64,000 nucleotides of DNA, from assembly GCA_964398525.1 (NCBI GenBank), contig CAYNMS010000002.1, positions 2,403 through 66,402 on the forward strand, written 5' to 3'. Under the pieces are notes generated by a model, which saw only the letters and a program-made list of their open reading frames with translations, was not told the DNA's origin and made no database searches. This DNA comes from an uncultured Pseudomonadales bacterium. GTDB lineage: Bacteria; Patescibacteriota; Microgenomatia; UBA1400; CAYNFZ01. Both the position numbers and the translations under genes were made by a program. Below, piece by piece: positions 10,649 to 20,089 of this stretch (its first letter is position 1; the number at the start of each line of letters is the position of its first letter).

Positions 10649-11371
10649 GTGGTAAAGAAAAAGAAATATTCACGGGTCCTTTTGAAGATTAGTGGTGAAT
10701 CGCTTTTAGGAGAGAGGGAGTCGGGGATCTCTTATGAAGCCGCTTTGTCGGTGGCAGAACAACTCAAGGAAGTGTATGGTCTGGGAGTGGAAATGGCTAT
10801 AGTTATTGGTGGGGGAAATATTTTTCGAGGATTGTCGGCTTCAAAAACTGGTTTTGACCGGGCAACGGCTGACTATATGGGAATGTTGGCAACGGTGATT
10901 AATGGTTTGGCACTACAGAATGCCCTGGAAGAGCTGGGGGTGGACACCAGAGTACAGTCGGCTTTGGATATGCCCAAGGTGGCAGAGCCGTTTATCAGAC
11001 GACGGGCAATTAGACACATGGAGAAGGGGCGAGTAGTAATCCTCGTAGCCGGAACAGGAAGCCCTTATGTAACCACGGATTCTGGAGCGGCTTTGAAGGC
11101 TTTGGAACTAAACTGTGAAGTATTGATGAAAGCGACAAAAGTTGACGGAGTTTATGATTTTGACCCGATGAAAAACTCGGAAGCAGTGAGGTATCCGAAA
11201 CTAAGTTATTTAGAGGCAATTCAAAATGAGAATGTGCAGGTAATGGATACGGCAGGCATTTCACTGTGCATGGATAATGGATTACCGATTATGGTATTTA
11301 ACCTATTTAAAGATGGAAACCTGAAAAGAGCGGTAGAAGGGGAAGAGATTGGGACGCTGATTGGCGTGTAG
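10649..11371 (+). CDS. pyrH: UMP kinase
   Basis: YSRVLLKISGESL...GGGNIFRG amino-acid kinase/UMPK motifs. GTG start inferred. Confidence 0.88.
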   Translation: MVKKKKYSRVLLKISGESLLGERESGISYEAALSVAEQLKEVYGLGVEMAIVIGGGNIFRGLSASKTGFDRATADYMGMLATVINGLALQNALEELGVDTRVQSALDMPKVAEPFIRRRAIRHMEKGRVVILVAGTGSPYVTTDSGAALKALELNCEVLMKATKVDGVYDFDPMKNSEAVRYPKLSYLEAIQNENVQVMDTAGISLCMDNGLPIMVFNLFKDGNLKRAVEGEEIGTLIGV

Positions 11372-11379
11372 AAGAATTT

Positions 11380-12054
11380 TCAGAGTTTGATGAAACCAGC
11401 AGGATTGACTTGGATACCGTTGTCGTGGATTTCAAAGTGAAGATGAGGACCGGTGGTAAAACCGGTCAGGCCAATTTCGCCAATTTGGTCACCGGCGTCA
11501 ACAACCTGACCAAGGATGACCTGGAAGCGCTTGAGGTGGGCGTAGACGGAGAGAAGGCCGTGGCCGTGATCAAGAATTAAGTAGTGACCATAGCCAGTGA
11601 AGCCTGATTCAAGGTAAACTACTTGCCCGGCAGAGAAGGCTACCACAGGTGATCCAGCTTGGGCAGTTAGATCCCAGGCGAGATGGCCGTTTCGATAACC
11701 TTGAGAAAGGTCGCGCATCTGAGGAACGGGATTAACCGTTTCTCGAGGGGTGGTGTGAATAGGGGGGAGGGACTCAGACAGGACTACATCAGAGACCGGA
11801 AGGAGGTCTGGCGAGAGAGGCGAGCCTTGAGGGTGAGCGAGAGGATTTAACAGAGGCACAGCAAGCATGGCCGTAGCCAAATTAAGGCCAACAAAACGAC
11901 GAATCCAGCGTTTTTCCAACCAACGGCGAAAGAAGCGACTGGCAGGATTGGCTTTGTATGGCCGGGGAAGCCGGTCAATATGGGGCAAATTAAGAGTATT
12001 GACCTGGATATGGAGGAAAAAGTTAAAAAAGATTTCGGAAAGAAAACGTATCAT
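11380..12054 (-). CDS. M23/LytM-family metallo-endopeptidase, secreted (start uncertain)
   Basis: HxxxD...HLHFE LytM motifs (GHYLILDHGHG...GPHLHFEIH). Confidence 0.75.
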   Translation of the reverse strand: MIRFLSEIFFNFFLHIQVNTLNLPHIDRLPRPYKANPASRFFRRWLEKRWIRRFVGLNLATAMLAVPLLNPLAHPQGSPLSPDLLPVSDVVLSESLPPIHTTPRETVNPVPQMRDLSQGYRNGHLAWDLTAQAGSPVVAFSAGQVVYLESGFTGYGHYLILDHGHGLLSVYAHLKRFQVILGQVVDAGDQIGEIGLTGFTTGPHLHFEIHDNGIQVNPAGFIKL

Positions 12055-12229
12055 AGGGCGGCTTAGTTAGGCCGCTTGAAGGTTTTGCCAAGATGAGGCG
12101 GGAGGATTGCCTTAATTAATTGGTAACTAGGGCAAAAAAACTTCCAAATTCAGGAAGTTTGGTGGAATTTAGCACAATTGGAAGTGAATGTCAATAATAT
12201 TATAGGATATTTCTAAGCTTGGTGATCAA

Positions 12230-12290
12230 AGCAAACCTTACGAAGGGAGATAAAAATTTGTATACTGGGAAAAGAAGAATAAACGGAGGT
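12230..12290 (+). promoter_or_regulatory. Putative gap promoter (ttacga-N17-tatact) and GGAGG ribosome-binding site
   Basis: -35/-10-like hexamers with 17-bp spacing. GGAGG 6 nt before the ATG at 12296. Confidence 0.3.
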
Positions 12291-12295
12291 TAATC

Positions 12296-13357
12296 ATGGA
12301 AAAAGTAAATGTAGCAATAAATGGTTTTGGTAGGATTGGCCGAACGGCTTTGAGAGTGTGGCTGTCTAGGGACGATTTAAAAGAAAAAATGTGGATGACA
12401 GCGATTAATACGTCTGGTTCGATGGAGGCGGCTGGCTGGGCACATTTGCTTAAATATGACAGTAATTATGGAGTGTTTGAGAAAAAGATATGGGTGGAGG
12501 AGGAAAGGCCGGTTAAGGAAGCGACTGCCGAAGACCCTTTTATTGGAAATCTGGTGATAGAAGGAATCAAAATTCCCCTGCTGGCCCAAAGAGATCCTGA
12601 GCAGATTCCCTGGAAAAAATACTATGTAAAAGTGGTACTGGAGTCTACCGGAGTGTTTACGGATGAAGTTGGAGCAGGTAAACACATAAAAGGCGGGGCA
12701 GAGAGGGTGTTAATTTCGGCACCGAGTAAGGGTGGTAAGATTAAAACTCACGTGCTGGGGGTAAATGAATACTCGGGAGAGTATCCAGTTGCCGACAACG
12801 CCTCTTGTACGACTAATTGCACCGCGCCGGTCGTGGCAGTATTACACGAGAAAATTGGAATGGTTAAGGCTGCGTTGACGACGATTCATGGCTATACCGA
12901 TGACCAGAACTTGCAGGATGGTTCCCACAGAGACTTGAGGCGAGCAAGAGCGGCTGCCAAAAATATTATTCCCACTTCTACGGGTGCGGCAATTGCGGTA
13001 ACCAAAACAATACCTGATTTAGAGAATAAGTTTGATGGTGTGGCTTTAAGGGTGCCGGTGTCGGTTGGGTCTCTATCGGATATTACTTTTTTGGCTAATA
13101 GAGCGACAACGGTGGATGAGGTAAATGGCTACTTAAAAGAGGCTTCGGTGAGTGAAAGATTCAAGGGAATATTGGCGGTAACAGAGGAGCCGATAGTGTC
13201 AGGGGATATCGTGGGTAGAGGCGAATCATCTATCGTGGACTTATCCCTAACTCAAGTGATAGATGGAGATTTGGTCAAAGTCTTTGCCTGGTACGACAAT
13301 GAATGGGGTTATTGCAACCGCCTGATGGAACAGGCGGTGGCTGTGGGTAACAAATAG
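12296..13357 (+). CDS. gap: Glyceraldehyde-3-phosphate dehydrogenase (type I)
   Basis: VAINGFGRIGR NAD-binding motif and SCTTNC catalytic motif. Confidence 0.92.
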   Translation: MEKVNVAINGFGRIGRTALRVWLSRDDLKEKMWMTAINTSGSMEAAGWAHLLKYDSNYGVFEKKIWVEEERPVKEATAEDPFIGNLVIEGIKIPLLAQRDPEQIPWKKYYVKVVLESTGVFTDEVGAGKHIKGGAERVLISAPSKGGKIKTHVLGVNEYSGEYPVADNASCTTNCTAPVVAVLHEKIGMVKAALTTIHGYTDDQNLQDGSHRDLRRARAAAKNIIPTSTGAAIAVTKTIPDLENKFDGVALRVPVSVGSLSDITFLANRATTVDEVNGYLKEASVSERFKGILAVTEEPIVSGDIVGRGESSIVDLSLTQVIDGDLVKVFAWYDNEWGYCNRLMEQAVAVGNK

Positions 13358-13360
13358 AGA

Positions 13361-13431
13361 GGCCGGAGCGGGAGTCGAACCCGCGCATGGCGGTTTTGCA
13401 GACCGCAGCGTTACCACTTCGCCATCCGGCC
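13361..13431 (-). tRNA. tRNA-Cys (anticodon GCA)
   Basis: Reverse complement ggccggatggcgaagtggtaacgctgcggtctGCAaaaccgccatgcgcgggttcgactcccgctccggcc. 7-bp acceptor stem, GTTCGA T-loop, anticodon loop ctGCAaa. CCA not encoded. Confidence 0.85.
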
Positions 13432-13518
13432 ACACAGGGATTATACCAAGGCTCGAGAATAAGTGCTGGTTTGTGGAAGTGAAAGGGGTTTGTTAAAATC
13501 ACCTCTGGAGAAAAGAGT

Positions 13519-14496
13519 ATGAAGAAAATTTTTGGCCAGATGAGAAGGTGGGTGACTGGGGGGTTAATATTGGTGCTGGCAGCGTGTGGAAGATTGGGAA
13601 TGGCCGGAGGTGACCAGGGGGCGCTTCAGGTGACGAGTAACGCCGCCTTTGGAGTGTATCTTAATGATAATTACGTGGGTCAAACGCCATTTTATGATGA
13701 AAAAATTGGGGTGGGAGAGTATGTGTTGAAGTTAGTACCTAATGGAGCAGAAGGGTCGGGGGTGTGGCAGACTCCAGTGATGGTGGACAACAGAGCCTTG
13801 AGCGTGGTGCATTATGAGCACGGTCGAAGAAGTGAATTATCCACGAGTGAAGTAATGGAGCTGGAGAAACTGCCGAATGAAGAGGGGGTGGAGTTGTCAC
13901 TAACAAGTATTCCCGACAACGTGGTGGTCAGACTTGACGAACAGGCGGTGGGGTTTTCGCCGGTTTTACTGGATGACTTGACTGAAGGGGATCATGTGTT
14001 AGCAATGGAGGCGGTAGGATATAAAACCAAAACAATTAACTTGAAATTGAATCGAGGTTACCGGCTCAACGTGGCGGTGCAGCTAGCCCGAGATGAAGAA
14101 ACAATGATAGAGAAAGTAGAACCGGTGACCGAGGCGACTGGTAGCGGTGAACTGCTGGAAGTGGATGAATTGCTATCCCCTTCTCCATCCCCTAGTCCAT
14201 CGATTCAGCCAGAAACGTCACCAAGTTCGGGATTTGGACAGGTGATAGGTGGAGTAATCACCGGTGCTGGAAATAATGAGTTGACAAAACCATATGTGGA
14301 AATAAGAGAGACCGGAACTGGATGGTTGAGAGTGAGAAGTCAGGCAGTGGTAGCTGATAATGAAGTAGCCAAAGTAAAAACGGGAACTTTTTTCCCTTTG
14401 GCGGTGGTGAGTAACAATCAAGAGTGGGTGAAGATTGAGTACCAAAAAGACAAAGAAGGATGGGTGAGTAAGTCGTTTGTGCGAATTGTGGAATGA
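13519..14496 (+). CDS. Lipoprotein with PEGA-like repeats, Ser/Pro linker and C-terminal SH3b-like domain
   Basis: Lipobox LVLAAC. Two PEGA-like segments. SPSPSPSPS linker. C-terminal KVKTGTFFPLAVVSNNQEWVKIEY. Confidence 0.6.
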   Translation: MKKIFGQMRRWVTGGLILVLAACGRLGMAGGDQGALQVTSNAAFGVYLNDNYVGQTPFYDEKIGVGEYVLKLVPNGAEGSGVWQTPVMVDNRALSVVHYEHGRRSELSTSEVMELEKLPNEEGVELSLTSIPDNVVVRLDEQAVGFSPVLLDDLTEGDHVLAMEAVGYKTKTINLKLNRGYRLNVAVQLARDEETMIEKVEPVTEATGSGELLEVDELLSPSPSPSPSIQPETSPSSGFGQVIGGVITGAGNNELTKPYVEIRETGTGWLRVRSQAVVADNEVAKVKTGTFFPLAVVSNNQEWVKIEYQKDKEGWVSKSFVRIVE

Positions 14497-14500
14497 AGAG

Positions 14501-15457
14501 TTAACTGAGCCAATAGATGATGGTGAAGGAGAGAAGTAGCCAGGTAAGGACAGCGGCAATGAGGGGCTCGTCTGACAGCAGGACCCGTTCGGGACTCTCG
14601 CCTCGATTTTGTTCGTAAACCAGTTGGAGGTAGCGCATAACGCCGTAGATGACTAAGGGAACGGTGGCCATCATCAGCTTTTCGCTAGTAAAAGTTCTAG
14701 GAAAGAGAGTGTAAAGAGACAACAGAAGACCTTGTGGTTTGACGGGTGAATAATTGAAAGAGAAAAGAGCGTAAGAAAGCCAAGTAGCGTTGGCAAACAT
14801 GCCGGTATAAATGTCCAGAAGTCGGGGGGTGTAGCGAGAAAGGGTTTGGCGGTGTCCGGTTAGGTCACCGACGGTACCCTTGAGGAGGGTGCGTTCGCTT
14901 TGGCGTTTACCCACAGCCAAGAAGAGGGAGACTGAAACTACGGTAAGCAAAAACCAAACGCTCATATGAAGGTTGACGACGAGGGCACCGGCATAGACAC
15001 GAAGGATAAAGCCAGCGGCGATGGCAAAGACATCTAATATGGGTTGGTGTTTGAGTTTTAATGAATAAAAAGTGTGAAGCAAAATGTAAAAAAGGATAAT
15101 GGCCAGGAAAAAAGTGGAAGTGGTCCAGGCTAAATAGATGCTGGTAAAAAAGCCGGCAATGGCAAAAAAGGTGGCAGCGGAGACGGAAAGATCACCTGAG
15201 GGAATAGGACGCTTTTTTTTGAAGGGGTGAAGTTTGTCTTGAGGGGCGTCGATAATGTCGTTGACGACATAGACACAGCTGGTAACCAAAGTGAAGATAA
15301 GAAAAGCCCAGGTAACACGGAGGAAATAGCCAGGTTCGAACATAAAACCAGAGAAGAAGAGGGCAGCAAAAAGACTAAGGTTTTTGAGCCATTGGCGGGG
15401 ACGAGCAGTGCGGACAAGGTAGAAAAAAGTAGAATGGGTGATGGTGTTAAGTTTCAT
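14501..15457 (-). CDS. UbiA-family polyprenyl-phosphate phosphoribosyltransferase-like protein (decaprenyl-phosphate 5-phosphoribosyltransferase/Rv3806c-like)
   Basis: RPRQWLKN...YVVNDIIDAPQDKLHPFKKKRPIPSG (NDxxDxxxD...RP motif), ~8 TM. Start moved to internal Met (cat 15455-15457) to limit overlap with the upstream gene. Confidence 0.65.
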   Translation of the reverse strand: MKLNTITHSTFFYLVRTARPRQWLKNLSLFAALFFSGFMFEPGYFLRVTWAFLIFTLVTSCVYVVNDIIDAPQDKLHPFKKKRPIPSGDLSVSAATFFAIAGFFTSIYLAWTTSTFFLAIILFYILLHTFYSLKLKHQPILDVFAIAAGFILRVYAGALVVNLHMSVWFLLTVVSVSLFLAVGKRQSERTLLKGTVGDLTGHRQTLSRYTPRLLDIYTGMFANATWLSYALFSFNYSPVKPQGLLLSLYTLFPRTFTSEKLMMATVPLVIYGVMRYLQLVYEQNRGESPERVLLSDEPLIAAVLTWLLLSFTIIYWLS

Positions 15458-16553
15458 GAGAGCGAGTGGCTTGAGTGAGATATTTAAGCCACAACAAGAT
15501 GCCACTAGTAATTAGGGCAGCTAGGGCTATTGTAAAGATTTTTTGGGCGCTGTTCAATTTGAGTGACAAAAGGCCAAGGACGAAAGTAGCAGCCCAGTAA
15601 AACAAAGCAATCTGTGGCCGGGACCAGCCTGAGTCAAGAAGGTGGTGATGGAGGTGGCCGCGGTCTCCCCAGACTGGAGACTTACCTTGATACACGCGCC
15701 TGATAATAGAAACGATAGCGTCGGTAGTGGGGATGGCGAGGATGAGAATCATGGCAGCAACTTTGGCTCCAGAAAGGATTGCCAAAATAGCGAGAAGAAA
15801 ACCGGCTAAAGTGCCCCCGCCATAACCGGGCATAATTTTTTGGGGGAAGAAGTTAAAAAGGAGGAAACCAGCGTAGGCTCCGGCGGTGATGGCAGCCAGG
15901 GAGGTGACCTCCCACTGAGTGATATCGGAAGAGAATCGAAGAGAGAATAAACCCATAAACACGGCGGCGATGGCCACAAACCCGGGCATTTGACCGTCTA
16001 AACCCTTGGACCAGTTGACGATGTTGGACATCCAGAGAATCCAGATTAGGGCAAAAAGATCTGAGATTACCCAAATGGTGCGGAGTTTGCCAAAAAGAAA
16101 GATGGGGATTTGGGGAGTGTTGAGATGGATTACGGAGCCAGGGGGGCCGAAAGGATTGGTGATAAACGCAATGCCGATACCAGCCCCAACGACAATCAAA
16201 GCGGCAACGGTAGTGGTAAGGAGACGCAGGTAAGGGGAAAGGTCATAGATATCGTCGGCTATACCGACAAGAGTGAGAATGAGGGCGGCGGTGAGAATGC
16301 CAACGAAATGCTTGTCTACACCCAAAAAGAAGAACCCGGCTATGGCCAGAGCGATAAAAATGGGAATACCTCCTCCGCGAGGAACCGGGTGGGAGTGAGT
16401 GTTTTTGAGGCGACTATGTTTAGCTGGGTCGTCTACCCAGCCCCGGCGGCGATAGAAGCCAATAACCAACGGAGTGAAGAAGGCGGTGAGAATAAAGGCT
16501 AGGATAGCGGGTAAAAGGAAAGTGGAGACAAGTATTGGCAATGAAGGAAACAA
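15447..16553 (-). CDS. GT4-family polyprenyl-phosphate N-acetylhexosamine-1-phosphate transferase (MraY/WecA family)
   Basis: PLVIGFYRRRGWVDDP N-terminus, DDIYDL, and NIVNWSKGLDG (NxxNxxDGxDG) motifs. Polytopic. Confidence 0.75.
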   Translation of the reverse strand: MFPSLPILVSTFLLPAILAFILTAFFTPLVIGFYRRRGWVDDPAKHSRLKNTHSHPVPRGGGIPIFIALAIAGFFFLGVDKHFVGILTAALILTLVGIADDIYDLSPYLRLLTTTVAALIVVGAGIGIAFITNPFGPPGSVIHLNTPQIPIFLFGKLRTIWVISDLFALIWILWMSNIVNWSKGLDGQMPGFVAIAAVFMGLFSLRFSSDITQWEVTSLAAITAGAYAGFLLFNFFPQKIMPGYGGGTLAGFLLAILAILSGAKVAAMILILAIPTTDAIVSIIRRVYQGKSPVWGDRGHLHHHLLDSGWSRPQIALFYWAATFVLGLLSLKLNSAQKIFTIALAALITSGILLWLKYLTQATRSHET

Positions 16554-16919
16554 TTAAAGAATGATGATTAAAACGTGGAAAAGGGCGATAGTAAAAAGAA
16601 AGGAGATTAAAGTGGAAGTGACGGCAAGAATTCGAGCAAACATGCGATCAGATTGGAAATGGATGCGAGACAACCAAATATGGGTGATGAGGAAAATGAG
16701 GGTGGCTAAAGGTAGAGCTAGAAGGAAGGGTTTTTTGGCAAGTTGTTCTGGGCCTCTGGCAAGAGAGTAAAAAATAGGGACTACGGGAGGGAGGCGATGG
16801 TAATGGTAGATGAGGGTGAGAGTAGAGGAAATTAGGAGGCCAAAAGACACGAAGAAAGAAGTGCGAACTATTGAATCACGTACAAAAGAATTAGTGGAAA
16901 AGTGATGCGGTCTGGGCAC
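16554..16919 (-). CDS. Small 4-TM membrane protein, possibly a GtrA-like lipid-linked sugar translocase
   Basis: 121 aa, ~4 predicted TM segments. Embedded between the GT4 and GT-C genes. Size and context resemble GtrA/Rv3789-type proteins. Confidence 0.3.
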   Translation of the reverse strand: MPRPHHFSTNSFVRDSIVRTSFFVSFGLLISSTLTLIYHYHRLPPVVPIFYSLARGPEQLAKKPFLLALPLATLIFLITHIWLSRIHFQSDRMFARILAVTSTLISFLFTIALFHVLIIIL

Positions 16920-16944
16920 AGAGGCATTATATCAAGAGATTCGG

Positions 16945-18489
16945 CTAGAGGCGTTTGTAAACCAGGGCGCGATGGCCTTGATTTGCCTGGGCAGAAAGGC
17001 CGGGGTCGCCAATTCGCTCCACAAGCAAATAACTAGTGTCGATATGGGCTTGTAACTCTGGAAAAGGCAAGGGTTCGTTTTCCATGATGACGATGGCAGC
17101 TGGGGGATTGGCTTCTAAATGATTGAGAGTGGTTTGGTAGTAATCCAGGTCGTTAACATGAAAGGAAGTGACGAGTTTGGTGGCGGGCAGGCGATTGGAC
17201 ATGACGTAAACCTCCGGGTCATTGCCCCAAACGTAGATTTTTTCTCCCGGTAGAGTTAATTGCCTGAGTCGAGTGGCTAAGGCATAGTTACGGGGAACCC
17301 GACGATCAAAAGTACGATAGAAACTGGTACGGTCGGCTTGACCGGTGATATAGGTAAAGAAATGGCGATAGTAAGGAACAACACTCCAAAATGAGAAATT
17401 AAAACGGACAAAAGAGGCTAAAACTAGAGTGATACCCGCTAGCGAAAGGACTCGGATCAATCGGGAAGGGTGGAGGAAAAGATAACCGACAACTAAAAGG
17501 AATGGAGCAACAACTTGGAGGAGATAGTGGGGATAAGGACGGGCAGAGAGTAAGGCGGCAAAGAGAGAGCTAACGAGCCAGAAGAGAGAGAAAGTGACGA
17601 AGGGAGGAAGGCGGCGGCGGGAGAAATATAAAAGAAGGATAAAAGTAAGCCAGAGCAGAATTCGAGCGGTAAGGCTGCCAAAGAGGAGATATTGAGTGAG
17701 GAAATCAGAAGCCTGCCAAACAGAAACATAGCCAGCACTACCGGTGGCGTTAAAAATTAAAGAAAGGGGAGAGACGCCTAAAATGGCCAAGAATATCACA
17801 GCGATAACCACGGGGAGGGCGAGGCCAAGGACAAAGAGGTGGAAATGTCGATTGGAAATAAGGTGCTTTTGTAACTCCTTGAGGGAGTGGGGAAAGAAAT
17901 AGAAGAAGGTGGTGATGGCAATAATATCTAGGGCGGCATGTATTTTGAAGAGGAAAGCTAGTGAGAGAAGTAGGCCGGAGACAAAATGGAAAGAGGGGCG
18001 GGTGGTAAGCTGCTGGCGGCGACCAGGTTTAGTGGTAAGAAGAACTAAGGCTAGCAAAACTAGAACAATAAAGAAGTTTTCTGCATTGGCAATGGTGCCT
18101 TCAATGATGGGAGTGGAGGTGAAAAAAACAAAAGCCAGTGTGAGGAAAAAAGCCGAAGATAAGGAGAAAAGGCGACGAGAGAGGATAAAAAAGCAGGAAG
18201 TACCCAGGAGGGTGGCCAGGATTAAGATGAGGCGAAGGTTAGTGACATGGGTGGCAAGGGCGGACAAAAGATAAATGGCAGGGGGTTTGTTGGGGAAGTC
18301 GGTGATTTGGGAGTAAAGAACCTGACCGTGACGGATGCCGTGACCGATGGCTAAGTAGATATTTTCGTCACCGTACCAAAATGGCTCAAAAAGAGAAGGC
18401 AGACGAAGGATAACGACCAAAAGGAGAAGGAGAAGGAGATATTCGTGTTGGTTTAGATAACGATTGAATTTGGCCAAGAGAGCAAACAT
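16945..18489 (-). CDS. GT-C fold membrane glycosyltransferase (ArnT/PMT_2-like, GT39/83)
   Basis: 514 aa, more than 10 TM. WYGDENIYL in the first loop (DE motif). Confidence 0.7.
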   Translation of the reverse strand: MFALLAKFNRYLNQHEYLLLLLLLVVILRLPSLFEPFWYGDENIYLAIGHGIRHGQVLYSQITDFPNKPPAIYLLSALATHVTNLRLILILATLLGTSCFFILSRRLFSLSSAFFLTLAFVFFTSTPIIEGTIANAENFFIVLVLLALVLLTTKPGRRQQLTTRPSFHFVSGLLLSLAFLFKIHAALDIIAITTFFYFFPHSLKELQKHLISNRHFHLFVLGLALPVVIAVIFLAILGVSPLSLIFNATGSAGYVSVWQASDFLTQYLLFGSLTARILLWLTFILLLYFSRRRLPPFVTFSLFWLVSSLFAALLSARPYPHYLLQVVAPFLLVVGYLFLHPSRLIRVLSLAGITLVLASFVRFNFSFWSVVPYYRHFFTYITGQADRTSFYRTFDRRVPRNYALATRLRQLTLPGEKIYVWGNDPEVYVMSNRLPATKLVTSFHVNDLDYYQTTLNHLEANPPAAIVIMENEPLPFPELQAHIDTSYLLVERIGDPGLSAQANQGHRALVYKRL

Positions 18490-18550
18490 AGCATTAGCAT
18501 AGCAAATTGTGGCGTGAGTGGCTATTAATAACTAGGACTTAACTGGAGTT

Positions 18551-20050
18551 TTATTTGGGAGAAACTTTCTCGGTGACACGATATTCGATGTAGCGGCCCA
18601 GCATTAGGCGAGTGTGGGCGTCTAAGCCAGGAAGAGCAGAGAAAAAGAAGCCAATGATGGGTAGCAGGAAAAACTCTAAGGGTTGGAGAAGTTTGGTGAA
18701 GATAGAAACCTGGTGAGGCCGGGGAGGGCGATTTTTGGCATCAATGAGAATGATGATAAACATTGAAAGAAGGGACAAGGTAAGAATGGTACTGGAGACT
18801 TGAGGGAGGGTTTTGCCCATGATGGTACGGGAGAATTCGGGATTGAGAAGTGGAGGGAAAAAGGCGCCCACGGTGATGGCAAACCAATTGACTGGCCAGA
18901 GGAAGTGGTCTTCAATGACTTTTAAGACTCGTACAGTTTTGTCCCAAAAAGGAACTCCGGGGACAGTTAAGTATTGGCGAATAATGTAGGCATCGTCGCT
19001 AACTCCCCAAGCCCAACGTTTGATTTGTTCATATTGATTTACCATGCTGGCCCAAAAACCATTGGCTTGAGCGGCGTCGGCATAGACGGGAAGGAATAAC
19101 GGCTCGACTTCCAGATCGCCTTTAAAGTGAAAATAAGCCTTGAAGAAAAGCCGATAATCCTCGGGAATGACGTCGGTATCCCAGTAGCCAATTTCATCAA
19201 TCATTTTGAGGCTGGTGGAGTAGGTAGAAAAGTTGATCAGCCGGTCACGACGCATAAGGATAAACATTTGAGTGACCGAAAAAATTGAAGCCAGGACTCG
19301 AACCGGGGCGGGAACCTGCCATATATTGTTGTAAAAAGTAATGGCAGCCTGCCAGATGCGGCGGTAGCGATGGGGGTGATTCAAAAACTCGAAAGTGAGG
19401 GCAGAGAAATACTGGGAATCAAGCAGGGCGTCGGCATCTTGACTGGTAATGGTGACCAAGTTAATATCAAAGCCTTGTTGATCGATGAGTTTTTGTTTGG
19501 CAAGTTTGGCGCCCCAAGCGGTGTTGCTGCTTTTACCTTTGACTTCATTTTTAATGTCAGGATGGTAGGTAGTCCAAAGGTGACCAAAGTGGTGAGAATA
19601 TTTTTTGACTAGGAGTTTGGCTTTTTGATGGGCCGACTCCCCTTCTCGCTCTTCAAAAGAAAGCATGAGATGAAGGTTTTGGGTTGGATAGCTTTGTCCA
19701 GCTAAGTTAGCCAGGGTACGCTCGAGTGTCGGCAGCGGTTCTTGGTAGGTGGGAATAACGATGATGTGGTGGTATTGATCCCAAGCGGATTTGGTTTTTA
19801 GATCCGCGAGCCAATCATTTTTTCTTGAGGCTTGGATGCGCATGTGAGCAAAGACGGCAAGGAAAGCGACGGACAGAGAGCGGTATAGCCAGTAAACCGA
19901 AAAGGAAATGATATAGTAGGCAACCACTTCGGGAATAAGGATCGAACCCCAGACTGGGAAGAGAATGAGAAACCAAGAAAAAAGCCCTGGCAGAATTTCG
20001 AGAGCACGTTGGGTACGGACGGGATGGCGGCGAACATAGGAACTGACCAT
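18551..20050 (-). CDS. Processive family-2 glycosyltransferase (cellulose/chitin-synthase-like)
   Basis: QDADALLD (D,D,D) and QIKRWAWG (QxxRW) motifs. N- and C-terminal TM segments. Confidence 0.75.
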   Translation of the reverse strand: MVSSYVRRHPVRTQRALEILPGLFSWFLILFPVWGSILIPEVVAYYIISFSVYWLYRSLSVAFLAVFAHMRIQASRKNDWLADLKTKSAWDQYHHIIVIPTYQEPLPTLERTLANLAGQSYPTQNLHLMLSFEEREGESAHQKAKLLVKKYSHHFGHLWTTYHPDIKNEVKGKSSNTAWGAKLAKQKLIDQQGFDINLVTITSQDADALLDSQYFSALTFEFLNHPHRYRRIWQAAITFYNNIWQVPAPVRVLASIFSVTQMFILMRRDRLINFSTYSTSLKMIDEIGYWDTDVIPEDYRLFFKAYFHFKGDLEVEPLFLPVYADAAQANGFWASMVNQYEQIKRWAWGVSDDAYIIRQYLTVPGVPFWDKTVRVLKVIEDHFLWPVNWFAITVGAFFPPLLNPEFSRTIMGKTLPQVSSTILTLSLLSMFIIILIDAKNRPPRPHQVSIFTKLLQPLEFFLLPIIGFFFSALPGLDAHTRLMLGRYIEYRVTEKVSPK

Positions 20051-20089
20051 AGAGTGTATTTTAAAAGATGATGAGGAGGAAAGCGAAGA

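Noticed and set aside
13275-13502. 75-aa ORF on the minus strand at 13275-13502
   Set aside because: It is made of the tRNA-Cys gene and the gap 3' end. The tRNA cloverleaf explains this DNA.
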